This document shows, in pieces, positions 1-64,000 of a stretch of DNA of 64,000 bases (position 1 is its first letter; each line of letters begins with the position of its first letter). Both the position numbers and the translations under genes were made by a program. The notes below the pieces were generated by a model, which worked only from the letters and a program-made list of their open reading frames with translations, was not told where the DNA came from and searched no databases. The DNA is from the human T2T-CHM13v2.0 reference genome, Homo sapiens: the NCBI RefSeq assembly GCF_009914755.1, contig NC_060944.1; one strand, written 5' to 3'.

Positions 1-399
1 AGTGAGCCGAGCAGAAGCTGGAACGCAGGAGAGGAAGGAGAGGGGGCGGTCAGGGCTCTCAGGAGCCGGGTCCTGGGCAAGGCGCAGCCGTTTTCAAATT
101 TTCAGGAAAGCGGTCGGCTCACACTCGAGCAGTAAAAAGATGCCTCTGGGGAGGAGGCCCGTGCAGCTCTCCGGGCAATGGTGGTGGCTCGGCCTAGAGA
201 GGCGGTAGTGGAACGCAGACCCTGGTGGGGGAATGACATCAAGGGAGGAGACGGGCGGGACCCCAGATTTCTGCCTGTGGGCGATGGAAGTGAGGTTCAC
301 TGGCCAGCGGAGCCGGACACAGAACGCGCAAAACGCCGTGTAGGCCTGGAGGAGCCGAAGAGCAGGCGGACCCCCTCCGCGGGGGAACAGTTTCCGCCG

Positions 400-900
400 G
401 GAGCACAAAGCAACGGACCGGAAGTGGGGGGCGGAAGTGCAGTGGGCTCAGCGCCGACTGCGCGCCTCTGCCCGCGAAAACTCTGAGCTGGCTGACAGCT
501 GGGGACGGGTGGCGGCCCTCGACTGGAGTCGGTTGAGTTCCTGAGGGACCCCGGTTCTGGAAGGTTCGCCGCGGAGACAAGTGAGCAGTGAGTCGCAGTG
601 ACCCTACAAGTGGTTCTTTTACCCGAGCGGCTCGTAGGCGCGTTGCGGTTTTTCGAAACTACAGCTCCCGGCAGGCCCCAAGCCGCCCTCGGGGCCGCGG
701 GTCGGCGGATTGGCCGCGCTGCATTTTGGGACCTGTAGTTTCCTGCGCTCGTGGCGCTGGCGCCGCGGCGTTGGCTGAGCCCTTGACCGGGGCTGGAGGG
801 AAGGGCCGACATTCAGTGTGTCCGCGTCTGTTCTGTTAGTCCCAGTTCCCGGGCGGGATTGAGGCTTAGAGAAGTTGAGTGATTTGCTGAGGGCTGCACG
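400..900 (+). promoter_or_regulatory. RTEL1: RTEL1 CpG-island promoter and non-coding exon 1 (donor ca|gtgagt at 587/588)
   Basis: CpG-dense. Tandem ETS/GABP-type sites ACCGGAAGTG (417-426) and GCGGAAGTG (431-439); E2F-like TTTTCGCGGG on the - strand (471-480); consensus donor GTGAGT at 588. TSS position is inferred. Confidence 0.7.
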
Positions 901-1511
901 GGTTGGCATCCCGGCATGCTCTTTCGCTACTTTGGCTGCATCTGGTTGCCCACCCGGGCGGATGGGGAATGGACTCCAGCCAGCCAGGAGGGCAGAGGGC
1001 TGGAGAGGCAGGGCCGGAGGTTCAGACCCTCCGCTCTGACGTTGCGCCTGGTGAGGCCGGGAGGGGTGCCGCTTGCCTCTTCAGCCCTCACGCTCTTGTG
1101 GAAGTCGCGGAATTACTGCAGGCGGAACTTGCAGCACTGTGGGCGTCTTTTCCAGAGAAGGACGGAGTTGTGGGGCGGGAGGATAAGGCAAGGCCCAGCC
1201 ACTTCGCATCTTCGCCCCGCCAGCTCCTCGAGATGGGATATACCAGGGTTGCTCTCCAACCCTCTCCGCAGGAGGGACTGATGGAAACGCCTGGGAAAGT
1301 AGCCCGGTACCCACAAAGGCTGTCTACAAACAGAGTCTTACTGTCTTTCCCAGGTCTGTGCCATAGGGATTCTCGAAGAGAACAGCGTTGTGTCCCAGTG
1401 CACATGCTCGCATCGCTTACCAGGAGTGCCTGAGACCCTAAGATGTTCGGAGTGGTTTTTTCGCACAGACCCGAATAGCCTGCCCCTCAGCCACGCTCTG
1501 TGCCCTTCTGA

Positions 1512-45369
<43,858 letters not shown>

Positions 45370-46077
45370 GGAGGAGGCACGGGCTTGCCACGCCACCCAC
45401 AACCGTGCCTGCCGCTGCCGCACCGGCTTCTTCGCGCACGCTGGTTTCTGCTTGGAGCACGCATCGTGTCCACCTGGTGCCGGCGTGATTGCCCCGGGTG
45501 AGAGCTGGGCGAGGGGAGGGGCCCCCAGGAGTGGTGGCCGGAGGTGTGGCAGGGGTCAGGTTGCTGGTCCCAGCCTTGCACCCTGAGCTAGGACACCAGT
45601 TCCCCTGACCCTGTTCTTCCCTCCTGGCTGCAGGCACCCCCAGCCAGAACACGCAGTGCCAGCCGTGCCCCCCAGGCACCTTCTCAGCCAGCAGCTCCAG
45701 CTCAGAGCAGTGCCAGCCCCACCGCAACTGCACGGCCCTGGGCCTGGCCCTCAATGTGCCAGGCTCTTCCTCCCATGACACCCTGTGCACCAGCTGCACT
45801 GGCTTCCCCCTCAGCACCAGGGTACCAGGTGAGCCAGAGGCCTGAGGGGGCAGCACACTGCAGGCCAGGCCCACTTGTGCCCTCACTCCTGCCCCTGCAC
45901 GTGCATCTAGCCTGAGGCATGCCAGCTGGCTCTGGGAAGGGGCCACAGTGGATTTGAGGGGTCAGGGGTCCCTCCACTAGATCCCCACCAAGTCTGCCCT
46001 CTCAGGGGTGGCTGAGAATTTGGATCTGAGCCAGGGCACAGCCTCCCCTGGGGAGCTCTGGGAAAGTGGGCAGCAAT

Positions 46078-46208
46078 CTCCTAACTGCCCGAGGGGAAGG
46101 TGGCTGGCTCCTCTGACACGGGGAAACCGAGGCCTGATGGTAACTCTCCTAACTGCCTGAGAGGAAGGTGGCTGCCTCCTCTGACATGGGGAAACCGAGG
46201 CCCAATGT
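46078..46208. repeat. 68-bp tandem duplication in TNFRSF6B intron 2
   Basis: CTCCTAACTGCC.GAG.GGAAGGTGGCTG... at 46078 and 46146. Confidence 0.85.
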
Positions 46209-46968
46209 TAACCACTGTTGAGAAGTCACAGGGGGAAGTGACCCCCTTAACATCAAGTCAGGTCCGGTCCATCTGCAGGTCCCAACTCGCCCCTTCCGAT
46301 GGCCCAGGAGCCCCAAGCCCTTGCCTGGGCCCCCTTGCCTCTTGCAGCCAAGGTCCGAGTGGCCGCTCCTGCCCCCTAGGCCTTTGCTCCAGCTCTCTGA
46401 CCGAAGGCTCCTGCCCCTTCTCCAGTCCCCATCGTTGCACTGCCCTCTCCAGCACGGCTCACTGCACAGGGATTTCTCTCTCCTGCAAACCCCCCGAGTG
46501 GGGCCCAGAAAGCAGGGTACCTGGCAGCCCCCGCCAGTGTGTGTGGGTGAAATGATCGGACCGCTGCCTCCCCACCCCACTGCAGGAGCTGAGGAGTGTG
46601 AGCGTGCCGTCATCGACTTTGTGGCTTTCCAGGACATCTCCATCAAGAGGCTGCAGCGGCTGCTGCAGGCCCTCGAGGCCCCGGAGGGCTGGGGTCCGAC
46701 ACCAAGGGCGGGCCGCGCGGCCTTGCAGCTGAAGCTGCGTCGGCGGCTCACGGAGCTCCTGGGGGCGCAGGACGGGGCGCTGCTGGTGCGGCTGCTGCAG
46801 GCGCTGCGCGTGGCCAGGATGCCCGGGCTGGAGCGGAGCGTCCGTGAGCGCTTCCTCCCTGTGCACTGATCCTGGCCCCCTCTTATTTATTCTACATCCT
46901 TGGCACCCCACTTGCACTGAAAGAGGCTTTTTTTTAAATAGAAGAAATGAGGTTTCTTAAAGCTTATT

Positions 46969-46976
46969 TTTATAAA
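46969..46976. terminator. Palindromic TTTATAAA, candidate variant poly(A) signal for TNFRSF6B (+) and for a long ARFRP1 3'UTR (-)
   Basis: AT-rich island after the TNFRSF6B stop with no + strand AATAAA; TATAAA reads on both strands. Confidence 0.5.
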
Positions 46977-47829
46977 GCTTTTTCATAAAACTGGTTGTAG
47001 TTGCACAGCTACTGGGAGGGCAGCCGGGGACACCTGAGCCGCCCGCTGTGCCCAGATCCCTCAGGCTGCCTGCCATCAGAACTGCTGCCCGGGGCTTCCC
47101 CTACCTCAGACAGACCCTCCCTGGGAGGATCAGTGGGGAGTGCCACCTCTGCCCCCAGTGGCTGTGGCACGTGGCAGGGGCCCCTGAAGCTCAGCGAGGG
47201 TCAGGGCCTGGGAGGGTATCATTGCTGGAAGAACAGGATGGGGCTCAGGCCAGCCCTAGTCGCCGGGGCCCACACTAACCCCCCACTTATGAATTCCTCC
47301 CACTCCCAACTCACAGGGGATTTCCCGAGAGGGGACCTGCCAAAGACCTCCTCCAGGCCTCCCATGCTTTCCGGGAAGTGAAGCTTCTCCCTCTCTGGGG
47401 CAGGCTCTGAAGCCTCCCGATGCACCCAGAGCAACCGGGGGGCTGCACCAGCCACTCGCCTCCCCAGCACGGCCAGGTTCCCGGGGCTGGAGGTCCCCCC
47501 CAGGTCCTGGGAACCAACCTGCAGAACACACACAGGGTCCCCTGGAGAGGACGCGGGGACTTCCAGGGCCCGACTCCTGTGAGTCACAGCCCCGCAGCTG
47601 CTGCGCCACCCCCACCCTGACTCATGCCCCTTCCCAGCAGCTCCTCCCAGGACCCCATGTCCTTCCCACATCCGCAGGAAGGGAGTGCCTGGACTCTCCA
47701 GGCCCACCTGGGGAGCCCCTCACCTGCCCACCAGCCCCTGAGCAGCCCAGTAACACCATCACCGTGTCCAACAGCCAGGAGCCTCCACCCTCCAGGAGGG
47801 AAGGGATGGACAGAGCCACACTCGCCGTC

Positions 47830-47835
47830 TTTATT
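47830..47835 (-). terminator. ARFRP1: ARFRP1 proximal poly(A) signal AATAAA
   Basis: TTTATT on the + strand, ~0.9 kb beyond the ARFRP1 stop. Confidence 0.65.
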
Positions 47836-48748
47836 TTGCACTCACCCTGGGTGACACTGGGCAGGCCGCTCCTGCCCACAGCCAGACTGAGGAAGAACAC
47901 AGCACTCGGCAGGCCCAGTGGGGTCCGTGCAGGGAGGACCCCAGGACCAGCCTTACTCCCGAGCAGGGGACACAGGGCCCCACAGAGAACCCCTCCGGGA
48001 GGTTCTCTCCTGGCTGGGGGAGGGCTCTGGACCCCCACAAACACTCCCCAACTTGCGGGGCTGGGGCATAAAAACAGCCACTCCCAGCAGGCCCCCTCAG
48101 CTTTTTGCATCAGTCAGCTCCCTCCCGGGGGATTAGGGTGAGGTGAAGCCAGGCCCAGGCGTGGGGTATAGGTCTTCCCCCGCAGGCCTCAGCCCTGTCC
48201 CGAGGCTGCATCACAATCCAGGGCCCCCGCTGGCCTTTGGGAACATGGCCTGGGTCTTCCTCAAGGCAAGATCAGCCCCAGACCACTTCCGGGGTCACGG
48301 GGTCACGGGGTCACAGGGCAGAAGCCAGATGGCAGCCATGGCTGACGGGCCTCCTCCTCGATGGGGCGGAGACAGCCACGGGGTCTCCCGAGGGTCCCAC
48401 AGGGCTGTCCTCATGCAGCCCAAGCCAGCCTGAGCACTGGAGCCCCAATTCCCAACCAGGTCTCCCTCAGACCCCCCAGAAAGGGCCTCGAAAGGCCGCC
48501 GCTGCGCCCTGTGGAAAGGCTGCCGCTGCAGGGCCTGGGCCAGCCGGGCTGCCAGACTCCCCTCCAAAGCCTCCGGATGCCTACGCTTTTCCAGACATAG
48601 AGGAAAGTTTGTCTTCGAGAAAACAAAGTAAATAGAAGAACCCCAAAGCAAAGCAAACCCACCCCCCAGATCAGCAGCATGGGAGCCAACAGGAGGCCAC
48701 TCCTCCAGCACCAGGGGACCAGCCGTCCCGACGGCAGCGCGGCTGCGC

Positions 48749-55398
<6,650 letters not shown>

Positions 55399-55599
55399 CC
55401 TGCCCTGGGCACCCCAACATAGGTCAGTGTGCAGCCAGAAAGCACCTCCCCTCCCCCGGGCTTCTCCACGGTGGTCAGTGGCGCCCCACGTCCAGCCGAC
55501 CGCTCAGGACGAGAGCCTGGGGGCCATTCCCGACTCCTCGTCCCTCTCCCACCCCGTCCCTCTGTAACTTCTCCCAGGTCAGCCGCCACTGTGTCCTGC

Positions 55600-56860
55600 T
55601 CACAGCAATGACTGCGACCTCTCCGCATACACATCGGTTCCGGCCCCTCCCCTGCTCGCGGGACTACCCAGCCGGGTGTTCACAGTGAGCTCAGCCGCGC
55701 TCCCGCCCTCCCCCGAGGCTTCGCTCCCACGCTTCACGCGCGCGGAACGGGGAACACACTCGCTGCAGCCCCGCCTGGGCCACGGCACCCTCGAGCGCCA
55801 GCCCCGCGCCCCACCCGGGAGCAGCGAGCCACCGGCGCGCTCCCCAGGAGCCCCTGCAGGCGCCGGGTAGGGACGCCCCATCACCCCATTTCTTAAAACG
55901 GGGACGGCCCTGGGGGGAGCGGACTACAGGGCGGGTGAGCAGCGGCGCGGCTGCTCCTGGAGTGCACCTGGAGGCGGCGCGCGGCTGGCAGGGAACGACT
56001 GCGAAGGAAGAACCTGGGTCGCGGCCCCCGGCTACGTCCGCCCCAAGCCGCCGCCGCCAGGTCTGAGGCTCCCCGACAAGCAGCCAAAGCTGGCTCCTGT
56101 CACACCCGCGTCCCACCTCGAGTCCTGGGCCGCCCCTCGGGCCTCGCGCCTCACCGCACAGCCTGCGGCCTACCTGCGTCCGCCGCGCCCTCGGAGCCGC
56201 TGCTGCTGACCCCCGCTGACCTCCGCTGACCCCGCGCTAACCCCGCGCGGCGCCTGACGGGACGCGGGCCGGCCTCAGGGAATGAGCTGAACCGCGTCCC
56301 AGCGGCCTCCGCGCTCCGCTTCCCGGCTGCCCCCGCGCGCCAAGCACTTCCGGAAGCGGCGGCGCTCGGGAGGAAGTGCCGATCGGCTGCTGGGGCGAAA
56401 AGGGGGCGCCGGGCCGCTCTAGCCGGTGAGGCCGGCGGGCTCTCTGTGGCTGCGGCTGGGAAACCGCGCGGAGGAGGTGCCCGGCCGGGGACCAGGTGGC
56501 CGCGGTTTGCGGGGACGCGGCCCTGGCCAGACAGAAGAGACGCCGGGCGGGGGGGCGCGGCCGGCCTGGAAGGCGGCGGGCGCGGCGGGTGGGCTCGGCG
56601 GAGGGTGAGGCGGCGGGGCGCCCCGCGGGGAAGGGGCTCCGGAGTGACGCGGGACCCGGCTAGCGGCGAGCCCACGGCGGCTCGGAAGGGAAGCGCGGAG
56701 CCTGAGCGGGGGTACCCGGGCTGCGACCTCTGCGCTGGGAGCTGTGCCTCTGAGCCGGTGTCTCCCCGAGGGAAAGGGGACGTGCCCGTGCCCGCCCTCA
56801 GGCTGTGGGGTCGGTCCCGAGACGCGGGGCTCAGCTGGCTTCTCTTCTTGCAGCCCTGGT
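55600..56860. promoter_or_regulatory. Bidirectional CpG-island promoter shared by ARFRP1 (-) and ZGPAT (+), with their non-coding first exons
   Basis: Very CpG-dense. Palindromic double ETS site CTTCCGGAAG at 56347-56356; - strand donors at 56174/3 and 56155/4; + strand donor ccg|gtgagg at 56425/6; ZGPAT acceptor at 56853/4. Confidence 0.8.
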
Positions 56861-56881
56861 CCAGCGCCTCCCTCTCTCAGC

Positions 56882-57465
56882 ATGGACGAGGAGAGCCTGG
56901 AGTCGGCCTTGCAGACCTACCGTGCGCAGCTGCAGCAGGTGGAGCTGGCCTTGGGCGCCGGCCTGGATTCGTCTGAGCAGGCTGACCTGCGCCAGCTGCA
57001 GGGGGACCTGAAGGAGCTCATCGAGCTCACCGAGGCCAGCCTGGTGTCTGTCAGGAAGAGCAGCTTGTTGGCCGCGCTGGACGAAGAGCGCCCGGGCCGC
57101 CAGGAAGATGCTGAGTACCAGGCTTTCCGGGAGGCCATCACTGAGGCGGTGGAGGCACCAGCAGCGGCCCGTGGGTCCGGATCAGAGACCGTTCCTAAAG
57201 CAGAGGCGGGGCCAGAATCTGCGGCAGGTGGGCAGGAGGAGGAAGAGGGAGAGGACGAGGAAGAGCTGAGTGGGACAAAGGTGAGCGCGCCCTACTACAG
57301 CTCCTGGGGCACTCTGGAGTATCACAACGCCATGGTGGTGGGAACGGAAGAGGCGGAGGATGGCTCGGCGGGTGTCCGTGTGCTTTACCTGTACCCCACT
57401 CACAAGTCTCTGAAGCCGTGCCCGTTCTTCCTGGAGGGAAAGTGCCGCTTTAAGGAGAACTGCAG
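56882..57465 (+). CDS. ZGPAT: Zinc finger CCCH-type and G-patch domain protein (ZIP), first coding exon; gene continues beyond the window
   Basis: MDEESLESALQTYRAQLQQVELAL... ending in the start of a CCCH finger (KPCPFFLEGKCRFKENCR); donor ag|gtaaag at 57465/6. Confidence 0.95.
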
Positions 57466-57656
57466 GTAAAGCCCTTTGTTGTCAGATGCCAACCTTAGGG
57501 GCGTAAGGGGCACGCACACAGGGTCGGGTCAGGATCGGCCCTCCCTTTGCTTTGCAGTTTTGTCTCAGCTTCCTGGGGCAGGCGTGCTTTGACAGCTGTG
57601 TCTGTGTTCAGGCGTCTACGTCTTCCTTCTGGGGTGAATCAAGAAGCATGGAAGGA

Positions 57657-64000
<6,344 letters not shown>

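Overview
Human genomic DNA, GC-rich and Alu-dense, recognisable as the 20q13.33 locus. It holds the complete RTEL1 helicase gene (+; 35 exons, all 34 coding exons traced by hand and summing to 3903 nt/1300 aa or 3660 nt/1219 aa), then TNFRSF6B/DcR3 (+), ARFRP1 (-, convergent with TNFRSF6B), and the first coding exon of ZGPAT (+, head-to-head with ARFRP1). The most striking feature is a ~6.6-kb, perfectly in-phase (CCA/CCT)n triplet array in RTEL1 intron 30. It is open in five of six frames and includes an ATG-led antisense poly-Gly ORF. Three RTEL1 splice sites (exon 10 donor, exon 13 acceptor, exon 15 donor) are each copied by a short local tandem duplication. Other features: a solo HERV-K LTR5 with a perfect 6-bp TSD in intron 2, many minisatellites (one amplified from an old L1 ORF2 fragment), an RTEL1 stop codon that doubles as the read-through splice donor into an alternative frame of TNFRSF6B, and a GC-AG intron. 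The genes are well known. I cannot show a new biological system from sequence alone; the repeat array and the duplicated splice sites are the best leads.
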